NCBI GenBank assembly: GCA_963828525.1
Contig: CAWHEP010000003.1
Location: 1 to 64,000 of the forward strand
Direction of reading: 5' to 3'
Source of the DNA: an uncultured Verrucomicrobiae bacterium
Lineage (GTDB): Bacteria > Verrucomicrobiota > Verrucomicrobiia > Chthoniobacterales > Chthoniobacteraceae
Length of the DNA: 64,000 nt
Numbering within the stretch: the first letter of the stretch is position 1; every line of letters starts with the position of its first letter. The position numbers were made by a program, and so were the translations under genes. Below are positions 44,114 through 53,358 of the stretch, one piece after another. The notes below the pieces were generated by a model, which saw only the letters and a list, made by a program, of their open reading frames with translations, did not search any database and was not told the origin of the DNA.

Positions 44114-45034
44114 CTATTCCCAGCGGCAGAACCAGCCCAGCGCGGACCACGTCTGGAACCATTCCTTGATCAACGGTGGCCAGTCAAGCTGCCGCCTCGA
44201 GTTCAATACAGAATCGCAGGCCGTTTCCAGGCACTTTCCCTCACGGAGCGCATTCAGCATGTGATAGGCTTCCGGCTCCAGACGTTTATAGTAAAGCGCG
44301 TTATCGTATCGTTGGACAGCCACATGAATTTCACCGCGCTTCGGCAGGGACGGTCGTCGACGGCGAGATTTCGTTGGAGTTTCATGGACGGCATTGCTGG
44401 CCACCGATCGAGGAGAATCGCGCTTTTTCACCTCCAGGACAAAATCATCCACCGGATAGTTCAGCTTTAGAAGGCTAAGGTAAGGCTGCAAACCAAGCTG
44501 AAGATGAGCAGGGTCGCTCCCGAGGAGCTCATCCAACTTCAACGCGGGCCGGGCCGCGCCGTCAAAAGCAACAACCTGCGCCCACTCAAACCGAGCCATG
44601 TCTAGGGCCAGGGCTGGACAAGGCTCGCCATATTGCGGTTCTTCAATCAAGAAATTCTCGAGCCGGCTTCCCAGATTACGCAAGGTAAACGACGCGGAAG
44701 GATATCGAACCAGGTATGCGCGCGCGAGACTCAAAAAGCGCTTCTCGCCTAAAAGAGCCAACATTCCCGGATAGTCCTCCTGTAAAGAGCCCAGCAAACG
44801 AAACCAATACTGCCGGTTATATATCTCGAGGCGCTCAAACGAAGTAAGAACTCCGTTTGGCTTGATAAACTCGCTGACGACAGAGGACATGCTCGCGCCA
44901 TCCACCCACGTCGCTTGCATCCGCTCGTCCGCCGAAAGTGGACGAAACAAAGCGCCAGCCATCACCCGCTGTAGCTCGCGCAGCCGCGCTACGGAGTTAA
45001 CCTTAGCTGGAGATACTCTCGGCTTCGAGGGCAT
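44114..45034 (-). CDS. DUF2063-family MNIO partner protein (BufC/HvfC-like)
   Basis: ERLEIYNRQYWFRL...DYP, YPSASFTL, DMARFEWA; overlaps the end of the DUF692 gene. Confidence 0.88.
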   Translation of the reverse strand: MPSKPRVSPAKVNSVARLRELQRVMAGALFRPLSADERMQATWVDGASMSSVVSEFIKPNGVLTSFERLEIYNRQYWFRLLGSLQEDYPGMLALLGEKRFLSLARAYLVRYPSASFTLRNLGSRLENFLIEEPQYGEPCPALALDMARFEWAQVVAFDGAARPALKLDELLGSDPAHLQLGLQPYLSLLKLNYPVDDFVLEVKKRDSPRSVASNAVHETPTKSRRRRPSLPKRGEIHVAVQRYDNALYYKRLEPEAYHMLNALREGKCLETACDSVLNSRRQLDWPPLIKEWFQTWSALGWFCRWE

Positions 45035-45857
45035 TTATAAAGTGATTCGCCTTCAGAGCTTCGTCGTGAACCTCATCAAAGGACGGGATGCTGTCATCCC
45101 ATTCCAGAAGCGTGGCTGTCTGACCAACAAGACGAATAGCATGCGCGTACAATTGCCACACAGGATCGAGGACAGGATGATCGTGCGTATCCAATGTATA
45201 TTTCTCGAACTTGGAGTGCCCCGCGATGTGAATCTGGCCCACTCGATTGTGGGGAACATTATTCAGGTACTCGTATGGATCAAAACCGTGATTCTGCGAG
45301 GAGACATAGATGTTGTTTACGTCCAGAAGAATGCCGCAGTCCGCCGCCTCAACTACTTCGGAGAGGAACTCCCACTCTGTCATCTCGGACGCGTGGAACT
45401 CCGCGTAGCTGCTGACATTTTCCACGCAGACAGGCGTTTCCGTGAAATCGCGAACCTGCTTGATCTTCTCCGCGGTATGCCGGGCAACCGCAGAGGTATA
45501 AGGCATGGGAAGAAGGTCATGTGTGAATCGCCCGTCCACGCTGCCCCAGCAGAGATGGTCGGACAACCACGGCGTCTTCGTGCGTCTCACGAGAGTCTTC
45601 AGCCGTTTCAGATGCTCGCGATCCAGTGGATCGGCGGAGCCAAAATACATGGAGACGCCATGCTGCACGACACGATACTGCTCCAATATCTTATCAAGGA
45701 CTTCAAGCGGACGGCCGCCGTCCACCATGAAGTTTTCGGAGATGATCTCAAACCAGTCGACGACAGGCTTGTTTGCCAGGATGTGCCTGTAGTGCGGCAC
45801 GCGCAGCCCAATGCCAATGCCATAGTCGCTAAAGCCATTGAAAGCATTTGAGGGCAT
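45003..45857 (-). CDS. DUF692 multinuclear non-heme iron-dependent oxidative enzyme (MNIO, BufB/HvfB-like)
   Basis: GIGLR..HY, EIISENFM, HGVSM, SDHLCW, DLLPMP, ENVSSY, LLDVNNIYVS, HIAGH, DTHD, LEWD. Confidence 0.95.
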   Translation of the reverse strand: MPSNAFNGFSDYGIGIGLRVPHYRHILANKPVVDWFEIISENFMVDGGRPLEVLDKILEQYRVVQHGVSMYFGSADPLDREHLKRLKTLVRRTKTPWLSDHLCWGSVDGRFTHDLLPMPYTSAVARHTAEKIKQVRDFTETPVCVENVSSYAEFHASEMTEWEFLSEVVEAADCGILLDVNNIYVSSQNHGFDPYEYLNNVPHNRVGQIHIAGHSKFEKYTLDTHDHPVLDPVWQLYAHAIRLVGQTATLLEWDDSIPSFDEVHDEALKANHFINALEAESISS

Positions 45858-45870
45858 ACAAAAAGCTGAA

Positions 45871-45912
45871 AACGGGTGGGCTGCCAACCAGCCGGTCAGC
45901 AACCCACCTGTT
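45871..45912 (-). terminator. Long stem-loop between the RiPP precursor and MNIO genes
   Basis: Minus-strand RNA AACAGGUGGGUUGCUGACC-GGCU-GGUUGGCAGCCCACCCGUU (19 bp, 1 mismatch, 3 G-U pairs), followed by a U-rich tract. Confidence 0.7.
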
Positions 45913-45926
45913 GAGGTCAGTAAAGA

Positions 45927-46196
45927 CTAGATCTTGTCGGTCTTGCAGCCGCCCTTGCCTTTGCAATCGTTCTTTCCCTTGCAGCTATTGCTGTCGCTCT
46001 TGCAGCCGCCCTGGCCCTTGCAGTCATTCTTGCCTTTGCAATCGTGCTTGCCCTTGTCTGAGTCATCCATCTTCTGGAGAAGCGACCCGGCCTTCGCGTC
46101 GGGAAGAGTTGTGGCGTGAGCGCGCACCGCGGTGGATCCCGTGAACAAACCGGCCATTGCCGCGCCGATTACCATTGCTTTTGTGGACTTTGTCAT
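45927..46196 (-). CDS. Secreted Cys-rich RiPP precursor (bufferin BufA2-like, two CKGKNDCKGxGGC repeats)
   Basis: 89 aa; signal peptide ending AHA; core KHDCKGKNDCKGQGGCKSDSNSCKGKNDCKGKGGCKTDKI; immediately upstream of DUF692. Confidence 0.9.
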   Translation of the reverse strand: MTKSTKAMVIGAAMAGLFTGSTAVRAHATTLPDAKAGSLLQKMDDSDKGKHDCKGKNDCKGQGGCKSDSNSCKGKNDCKGKGGCKTDKI

Positions 46197-46360
46197 ATGT
46201 CTGATTCCTGTCTTTGGTTCTGGTTCTGTTTTCTGTGCGCTCTCCCCCACGGCATTACCGAAGAGGAGACGCGCAAAAGCTTACAAAGTGATTATGCGAC
46301 GGCGTTATAGGTAGAGATGCTTCTTGCCGGGATTTATTCCAGCTCTTAAGCGCGGCGTTC

Positions 46361-47353
46361 TCAGTGGTGTCCGCCGTGGCCGCGAGAAAGGAGATAAAAA
46401 ACAAGAAAAACAAGCAGCGGTGTCACAGCCGAAAAAACGACAAGACGCATTCCATGCCAATGACTCATCCATACCTTGGGGGTTTTCAGGTGTTTGTAGC
46501 GCCCGGTTACCTTCACGGAGTCAAGGTCATTCAATTCAGCTTTCATCTCCGTCGCAGACGCATAACGTTTGCGCGGATCGCGCTCCATCGCGTGGAGAAT
46601 GATCTCTTCGAGTTCCGGTGGGATCTTTGGGTTAACCTTCCGTGGCGCGGCTGGATCACCGCTCAGCCGCGCGTTCATGACGAGAAAGGGGTTCTCCCCT
46701 TCAAAGGGAAGAACGCCCGTCGTCATTTCGTATAGCATCGCGCCTAATTCATAGATGTCGGTTTTTTCATCTCCACGCCTTCCTTTTACCAGCTCGGGAG
46801 CCATGTAGTCAGGAGTTCCCATCGGAGGGGAGAAGCCGACGAAAGTTACGCGCCTCATCTCGGCGGCTTTGGCTATGCCGAAGTCCATGACGCGCAAACT
46901 GCCATCGCTGCAGATCATGATATTCTGGGGTTTTAGATCGCGGTGAATGACCCCATGCTTGTGCATGTATTCGAGAGCATCGCAAATACGCGCACAGATC
47001 TGCACGGAGTCAGCGACCGGGAGTGGGCGTACCTTTGCGAGAACCTGCGCGAGAGTCTGCCCGTCGAGGTATTCGGTGACAATGTAGGGCCGGCTTTTCT
47101 TCCCCTCTACTTTTATAAAGCGGAGGATATGGGGGTGCTTGTCCAACTCATAGCCGATGTCCGCCTCGCGCTCGAATCGGAAAAAAAAGGCCGGGTCCGA
47201 CTCGAATTGCAACAATGGCACCTTCAATGCCACCTTCTCGTTGGTCTTCAAATCAGTGGCCTGATAGATCGACCCCATTCCGCTGCGGTTTATCACGTCG
47301 ATGATCTTGAAGCGGCCATCGATCTCGTCTCCTGCCTTCAACTCGTGGCTCAT
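46361..47353 (-). CDS. Hanks-type Ser/Thr protein kinase with C-terminal TM anchor
   Basis: VALK, HRDLKPQN, DFG, GTPDYMAPE. Confidence 0.94.
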   Translation of the reverse strand: MSHELKAGDEIDGRFKIIDVINRSGMGSIYQATDLKTNEKVALKVPLLQFESDPAFFFRFEREADIGYELDKHPHILRFIKVEGKKSRPYIVTEYLDGQTLAQVLAKVRPLPVADSVQICARICDALEYMHKHGVIHRDLKPQNIMICSDGSLRVMDFGIAKAAEMRRVTFVGFSPPMGTPDYMAPELVKGRRGDEKTDIYELGAMLYEMTTGVLPFEGENPFLVMNARLSGDPAAPRKVNPKIPPELEEIILHAMERDPRKRYASATEMKAELNDLDSVKVTGRYKHLKTPKVWMSHWHGMRLVVFSAVTPLLVFLVFYLLSRGHGGHH

Positions 47354-47383
47354 CTACGCGTGTCCCCTTGTCACAAGATCCTT

Positions 47384-48382
47384 TTATCGGGTCTGCGGCA
47401 GGCGGTCAACGCGCCGTTTCGGATGATCCTGAACCCGCAGCAACTTCTCGAACTGCTTCGAGACGTTCGCGTAAAAAGGATATGGGCGATCCGCGTCCGC
47501 GGGCCGGTACCGCCAATGCTTGTAAGACCAAATCCAAAGCTCCGGATTTTGCTTGATGATGCCTTCGAAGAAGTTCCAGCACGTTTGCGCAATCTCCTTG
47601 CGCGAGGAATCCGGGCGGATTTGGAGAGGCTTGTGAAACGTCACGCGCGAAGTGCCGTCCGGGAGCGAACGGCTATCCACTGGGATCAGTCGGGCCCCCG
47701 CGCGTTCGGCCAGAAGGCAATGGAGGAACGTGACGCACATTTTCATTCCCAAGGTGTCGATGACGACGCTGGGCTGCGAAGGTTTGAGGTTGAGATCTAT
47801 CAGCAATCCGGCAAGACCGCCTTTCAAGGTGTGCTTGAGCAGGCGAACCGCGGAGGCTTCCTGAGGGATCATTTTTTGTCCAGATGAACTGCGCAAGTCG
47901 CTGAATACTCTGTTCAGGAGCGGATTCTTGAAAGATTGCGTGACGACCATCGCCGGTGAAACAAATCCGATCGCGATACTTGACCACTCGAAAGCTCCAG
48001 CGTGCGCGCAAATGAATACGGCGCCCTCCCCCCGCTCTACCATCTCTCTTGCGATCCCTTCGTTCTCCACGTGGATGAAACGGCGATAATTGTCCGCCGT
48101 CATCCGCGGCGCCCAGAAAAGGTCGATCATCGTGCGCGCAAACCCCTGATAAGACTTGCAGGCGATCACCTCGCGCTGGGAGGCCGTGTACTGTTCACCG
48201 AACGCCGTTTCGATATTCGCGACCGATACTTTTCGCCCCTCGCGGTCGAGACGATAGATGAGGGCGCCCAATAGGTCGGCGAGACGAACGCAGAACATCC
48301 TCGAGAATCGGGGCACGATCCACGAGAGAGCCAGACAACCCGAGTATTCGGCGAGACGCCGGATATGTTTCAGTCGTTCCAC
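47384..48382 (-). CDS. Lipid A late acyltransferase (LpxL/HtrB family)
   Basis: AHAGAFE (Hx4E) motif, NPLLN, PELWIWSYKHWR. Confidence 0.85.
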   Translation of the reverse strand: MERLKHIRRLAEYSGCLALSWIVPRFSRMFCVRLADLLGALIYRLDREGRKVSVANIETAFGEQYTASQREVIACKSYQGFARTMIDLFWAPRMTADNYRRFIHVENEGIAREMVERGEGAVFICAHAGAFEWSSIAIGFVSPAMVVTQSFKNPLLNRVFSDLRSSSGQKMIPQEASAVRLLKHTLKGGLAGLLIDLNLKPSQPSVVIDTLGMKMCVTFLHCLLAERAGARLIPVDSRSLPDGTSRVTFHKPLQIRPDSSRKEIAQTCWNFFEGIIKQNPELWIWSYKHWRYRPADADRPYPFYANVSKQFEKLLRVQDHPKRRVDRLPQTR

Positions 48383-48411
48383 AATCCGTTGCTTGATGCG
48401 ATCCGGGTCTG

Positions 48412-48993
48412 TCAGTTGCCAGTAGCCGGCTTGCTCGGAGGAACGGTGACAAGACTGGGGATGGACGCGTCGACGATCTGCACGCGCGCGCCGATCCCCA
48501 CGGTATTATAGAGCGCGATGACATCCCTGGATCGCATGCGAATGCAGCCGAAACTCGCCGGGGTGCCAATCCGCGATTCCTCAACAGTGCCATGGATGTA
48601 GATGTCGCGGTCGAACGCGTGTTGATTTTGTGGTTCAAGGCCTCTCAACCACAGGATGCGGCTTACAATGGGATCCCTTCCCGGCGAGTCAGGGGGCAGC
48701 ACTTCCCCGGTCCAACGGCGGTCTTTGAAAACGGATCCGCTCGCTGCGTCCCCGCCGATCTTCCGCGCAACTTCCAGATTGCCCAGCGGCGTGCCGCGGC
48801 TTCCGGGGACGTCACCCAGACAGAACTTTGACGTGGAGACCAGATACTGGGCTATAGGCGTTCCGTTGTCGTACACGATCATCGTCTGATCCGGGACGCT
48901 GATAATGATCTTGTGCTCACGATCTTGACTCACACAGGCGCTCAACGTCAATCCGAGCAACAGCAGGGTTCCTTGAAAGCGTCTCTTAGGCAT
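48412..48993 (-). CDS. L,D-transpeptidase lipoprotein
   Basis: Lipobox LSAC; IYIHGT...ASFGCIRM. Confidence 0.9.
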   Translation of the reverse strand: MPKRRFQGTLLLLGLTLSACVSQDREHKIIISVPDQTMIVYDNGTPIAQYLVSTSKFCLGDVPGSRGTPLGNLEVARKIGGDAASGSVFKDRRWTGEVLPPDSPGRDPIVSRILWLRGLEPQNQHAFDRDIYIHGTVEESRIGTPASFGCIRMRSRDVIALYNTVGIGARVQIVDASIPSLVTVPPSKPATGN

Positions 48994-49018
48994 CGGGAAT
49001 CGTAATCTGCTGAACATA

Positions 49019-49489
49019 GTGGCTATCTATAAACTCACGCGGAAGCAGGTTGTTCGTGGCAGTCTTGCCGATTGTTGGGCGTTCTTCAGCGATCCCCGGA
49101 ACCTGGCTAAAATTACTCCGGCCTCGCTGGATTTTACCATTGTTTCCGTAACACCGGAGAACATTTATCCCGGTTTAATGATTGAATATCGAGTTCGTCC
49201 TCTTCTCGGAATTGCTCAGAGCTGGCTCTCGGAGATAACGCATGTGGATGCTCCTCGTTACTTCGTGGACGAACAGCGGGTGGGGCCTTACCAAGTGTGG
49301 CACCATCAACATTTCTTCCGGGAAGTGGATGGCGGGAGCGTAGAAACAGTTGACCTGATCCACTACTCTCTCCCATTCGGAAAGATTGGCCACGCCGTGA
49401 ACACCCTCCTGGTCGCGCCGCAATTGAAGCGAATTTTCGATCACCGCGAGATAACTGTTGCCGCTTTATTTAACGCGGAAAGTCGCTGA
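49019..49489 (+). CDS. SRPBCC-family protein
   Basis: WAFFSDPRNLAKITP, FVDEQRVGPY..WHHQH. Confidence 0.9.
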   Translation: MAIYKLTRKQVVRGSLADCWAFFSDPRNLAKITPASLDFTIVSVTPENIYPGLMIEYRVRPLLGIAQSWLSEITHVDAPRYFVDEQRVGPYQVWHHQHFFREVDGGSVETVDLIHYSLPFGKIGHAVNTLLVAPQLKRIFDHREITVAALFNAESR

Positions 49490-49495
49490 TCATTT

Positions 49496-51043
49496 TCATT
49501 TGTCGGGGGTCAGCACAAATTCGCCGCAGTCGAATGACATCATATTCGCGACGTTGTCAGCCTTAAATTCTTCAACAACGGCCCCGTCGCCTTGGAAGAA
49601 GGTGAGCGACTTGCCGGACGAATCCAGCCGGCCGACAGCCCACCGCAGAGCTGGCGCCTCCGTGAGGCGCCTGAGTGGCAAGCCATCTGGGAGCCGCATG
49701 ACAGTGCCGCGTCCGTCCACGCTCAGTTGAACCGAAATCGTCGTAGCCTGATCCGCAAGAAGCGGATTCGGAGGGAGTGAGAGCTTCATCGTCTCGTCTG
49801 GCTTGAACGCGACTCCGGCGGCATCACTCAATTTGTTTCTGACACCGATGAACTCGTCGCTGAAAAATATCTCCTTTGCGAGCGTCACCTTCCATTTTGA
49901 AACGATCTCTCCTCCCGCATTGGCGGGAGGCTCACTGCCCGTCAGTTGGAGGGCGCGGGCGCGCTGTTCCGTCTCGTTTTCCTCCAGGAGAAAGACGGTA
50001 TCGGAATTCCCCGCCGCCGCCACGCGAATAGGCGCGGGTTCTTCAGGGACGACGGCCAGCCGTCGCTGGAACGCGCCATCGAGCGCGTACTCCCTGACTT
50101 CGCTTGACGAATGCGTCCGCGCTATCGTCCAAACCGCTCCGGTCGCAGTCACGCAGAGATCGATGGCATTGACTCCCGCGCCCAACTCGATCGCTTTCCA
50201 TCCATCCCCGCGCTTCACCAGCAGCGCGCCCCGAGAGAGGATCGCCGAACTGCCGGGAGCTTCCGATATTGCGGAAATCGGGCGTCCGGCATCCTCAGTA
50301 GCTTGCAAAGCGCGATCCGGAAGACTGAAGCGCCTGATGGTTGGGCCCGCCACTACCGCAACGTAGTTGTCACCCGCGGATAAAGCGGCAATGCCGTCGA
50401 AGGAACCTTGCCAGGTCGACTCACCGCCACTGCTGAGATCATAAACCATCAATCCCTTACCGCCTCCCGCGAATACCGTTTTCTGATTCACAGCCAAGGC
50501 GTCCCCGGTAATGTCTGCCGGCAAGGCCTTGCACCACATTATCTTCCCCGCGGCGTCACATCGGAAAAGGAAATTGCCGCTCACGCCCTTTGCAGTTGCC
50601 ACGAGTCCGCCGCTCGCGGGAGCGCGAATCTCCCGGATGCGCGCAATCCGGCAGGACGTCTCTTCGGACACCCAGTCATTGCATCGAAAAGCTTCTCCTT
50701 CCACGGTCGCATCCGCGACCATGTAGCCGCGCGCAGAGTATTTTCCCTCAGGCGCGCGGGCGCCTTCGTCGTCCTTGCCGTCCCATGATGTGATGAGTCC
50801 GTTCAGGCCTGTTTTGAAATCCGCCACCGGCATCTCCACGCAGAGCGTTCTGATCAGCTTTCCTTTCGATTCGTAGATCCCCAGGCTGATTTTTCCGTCG
50901 ATGGGCGGCGGCACGAATTCGAGTCGAACCCCGCTCTCCTTGGCAGCGCTCGCTGGCGTTGTCTGGGCAGGAGCCAGCGCGCTCAGCGCGAGGAACAACC
51001 CGAAAGCTCCGAGGGGGATGCGGGGCCGCGTCTTATCAGGCAT
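49496..51043 (-). CDS. Exported hypothetical protein (FlgD-like Ig segment + probable beta-propeller)
   Basis: Signal peptide; SLGIYESKGKLIRTL...WDGKDDEG..APEGKY; beta-rich repeats. Confidence 0.65.
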   Translation of the reverse strand: MPDKTRPRIPLGAFGLFLALSALAPAQTTPASAAKESGVRLEFVPPPIDGKISLGIYESKGKLIRTLCVEMPVADFKTGLNGLITSWDGKDDEGARAPEGKYSARGYMVADATVEGEAFRCNDWVSEETSCRIARIREIRAPASGGLVATAKGVSGNFLFRCDAAGKIMWCKALPADITGDALAVNQKTVFAGGGKGLMVYDLSSGGESTWQGSFDGIAALSAGDNYVAVVAGPTIRRFSLPDRALQATEDAGRPISAISEAPGSSAILSRGALLVKRGDGWKAIELGAGVNAIDLCVTATGAVWTIARTHSSSEVREYALDGAFQRRLAVVPEEPAPIRVAAAGNSDTVFLLEENETEQRARALQLTGSEPPANAGGEIVSKWKVTLAKEIFFSDEFIGVRNKLSDAAGVAFKPDETMKLSLPPNPLLADQATTISVQLSVDGRGTVMRLPDGLPLRRLTEAPALRWAVGRLDSSGKSLTFFQGDGAVVEEFKADNVANMMSFDCGEFVLTPDK

Positions 51044-52620
51044 AGTACCGCCAGTTCAGATTCGGGAAGATGTTGTCCCGCCACTCACAGTTCCGCAGAA
51101 ATTCGTCGTCCGCCTGACCCCGGCTAAGCTGATCGTAAAGGCGCGTAAACCGAAGAATATGATCCTTTGTTCGCTTGGTGGCATAGGCCGAGGCTGTCCC
51201 CGTCTTCATGAGAAACGCCCAGTCGCTGGATTGCGCGAGCAGAAGTTCACGCGCGAGTTGCTTTAGCAGCCGGTCCCGCTCAGGCGACACCTCTCCGGGA
51301 TGCGCTCGCGCAACCTCCGTCATGCGTCTGGCCGCAGTGTGCAGATGAGGATAAATCCAGGAGTTACTCTCATCCAGCCAGACTTCCCAATACCCCTTAT
51401 GCCCCCAACTGGACGCGGAAGGAACGATCATTTGCAAGGTGGGGTGCTGTTCCAGGTACCGGCTCGGAGTTGTCATCTGAAACTCATCCTGGTCGTAAGC
51501 CGATTTTCGGATGAACAGGTTGAGGAATTCCGGCCCTTCGAACCACCAGTGTCCAAATAGTTCCGCGTCGAAAGGGCTGACAACTATAGGATCGATGCTC
51601 GCCGTCTGTCGCAGATGTTCGATTTGACGCGCGCGGTTCCACATGAAGTTCCCCGCGTGGGCATCAGCCGCTCCCATGGCCCAGCCCCGATTATACAGGG
51701 CCTTGTCGCGCGTTCTGCCTGTGATCCGGTGGTACTTCACACCAGTGAACTTCCGGCTCCCATCCTTTGGAAGAAACGGTTTCAGGTATTGGTGGGAAAG
51801 ATCGAAGCCAATGTCCCGGTAGAAGTCCCGATACGCGGGATCTCCGGGATAACCTTCCTCCGCGCTCCAGACCTGCCGGCTGGAATCACGGTCTCGGGCA
51901 AACACAGCAGGCCCGCTGGGTGTGAAACAGGGCGCGTAGATGGCAAATCGGGGACGCGGATTGCCAAACATCAAGCCATGAGAATCCAGAATGAACCATC
52001 GAATGTTCGCTTCCCGCAGAACATCCTCCACGCCCGCCACATAGCCGCATTCGGGGAGCCAGATCCCCGCCGGTTCTGATCCAAAACACTCCCGGTGATA
52101 ATCCCTGGCAATGAAGATTTGCGCCCTTACGGCTTCCGGGAAATTCTGCATCAGCGGGAGAAATCCATGTGTCGCCGCGCATGTGATGATTTCGAGCACT
52201 CCCGCAGTTTGCAAACCCGCGAATACGGAAATCAGGTCACGCTTCCACACGTCCACGTATAGGCGGCGACACTCCCTGAAGCGCTCAAGATACATTCGCG
52301 CGACTTCGTTCATGGGCGGCTCATCCGTCGTCCGCTGACATTCACTCTCCGCCAGTGTGATCGCCCGCTCGATGTAGCGGATGTAGCGTTCCTGTAATAG
52401 AGAGTCTCGCAGCATCGATACCAGCGGCGGCGTGAGCGACATCGTCACCTTGAAGGGCACCCCGTCATTGACCATGCGATCAAAGATTGCCAGCAGGGGC
52501 AGATACGTTTCTGTAATGGCCTCGTACAGCCAATCCTCCTCTAAAAATTCCTCGGTACTCGGGATGCCGCACGTAAGGAAGATGCGCATGGAGCAGGAGA
52601 GCTAGATACCCCGTGGACAT
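51036..52620 (-). CDS. GH57 (DUF1957) alpha-glucan branching enzyme (frameshift near 52555)
   Basis: MSTGYLALLLHAHLPYVRHP in the upstream frame; EAITETYLP, WLPECGY, FDAELFGHWWFEG, AQSSDW. Confidence 0.92.
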
Positions 52621-52769
52621 GGAGGTAGAAGGTGTATTCCGGATAGTGGCTTGTCCAGAGCAACCGTCAGAAAGAAAACCCTGTTAAACAGCTACGTCCG
52701 GTTGTTTTCTGAAGGCCGATGATATTGGTGCAGCCAGCAATGATTGCAGGCTCAAACCGAAAACATAAT

Positions 52770-53288
52770 ATGAAAAAACTTACTTTCGCCACACTCACCC
52801 TCCTTGCCGCGATTGGCCTGCCTCAAGCTGGCTTTGCAGGAGAGCCCAAGCCCCTTAGCAGCAAAGACATGATGTTCATGAAGAAGGCAGCCGCTGGCGG
52901 GATGTTCGAGGTTCAGGCTGGAGAATGCGCGCAGAAAATGGGTATGAGCGACGATGTCAAGACGATGGGCGAGCATCTCGTAAAGGACCACTCGGAAGCA
53001 AACACACAGCTCATGAGCCTGGCAAAGTCGAAGAGCGTGGAGCTTCCCACAAAGCCTTCCAAAATGGAGCGGTCCGAGCTTGAAACCTTGAAGATGGCCA
53101 AGGGCGCGGATTTCGACAAGCAGTTTGCCGCCATCATGGTCAAGGATCACAACGAAGACATCGCTGATTTCCAAAAGGAGAGTGAGATGACAAAGGATGC
53201 GGATCTAAAGGAGTTTGTGGACAAGACCGTTCCTGTGCTGAAGATGCATCTTCAGATGGCGGAGAAAGCAAGCGGCGCCTCGAAGTAG
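52770..53288 (+). CDS. DUF4142-family exported protein
   Basis: Signal peptide; FMKKAAAGGMFEV, KDH..AN, FDKQF...MVKDH, PVLKMHL. Confidence 0.9.
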   Translation: MKKLTFATLTLLAAIGLPQAGFAGEPKPLSSKDMMFMKKAAAGGMFEVQAGECAQKMGMSDDVKTMGEHLVKDHSEANTQLMSLAKSKSVELPTKPSKMERSELETLKMAKGADFDKQFAAIMVKDHNEDIADFQKESEMTKDADLKEFVDKTVPVLKMHLQMAEKASGASK

Positions 53289-53309
53289 CTAAGCCATTCG
53301 TGGTTTTGA

Positions 53310-53335
53310 CGGGCGCGATCTTTGGATCGCGCCCG
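53310..53335. terminator. Likely bidirectional intrinsic terminator
   Basis: CGGGCGCGATC-TTTG-GATCGCGCCCG between convergent genes, T-rich downstream on the plus strand. Confidence 0.75.
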
Positions 53336-53358
53336 CTTTGTTTACGATCGACGCGGTG

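Noticed and set aside
43885..44169. Small hydrophobic ORF as the missing DoxX/BufD component of the MNIO cluster
   Set aside because: Opposite strand, overlaps the DUF2063 3' end, has only one hydrophobic segment and no DoxX pattern.
45940..46045. DNA direct repeat as a CRISPR or VNTR
   Set aside because: Two 57-nt-period coding repeats inside the precursor gene; no spacers or cas genes. No CRISPR array, tRNA or rRNA was seen anywhere in the window.
46255..46290. ECF sigma promoter upstream of the RiPP precursor (TGTAAG...CGGTAA on the minus strand)
   Set aside because: Only a loose resemblance with uncertain spacing; needs alignment of orthologous upstream regions.
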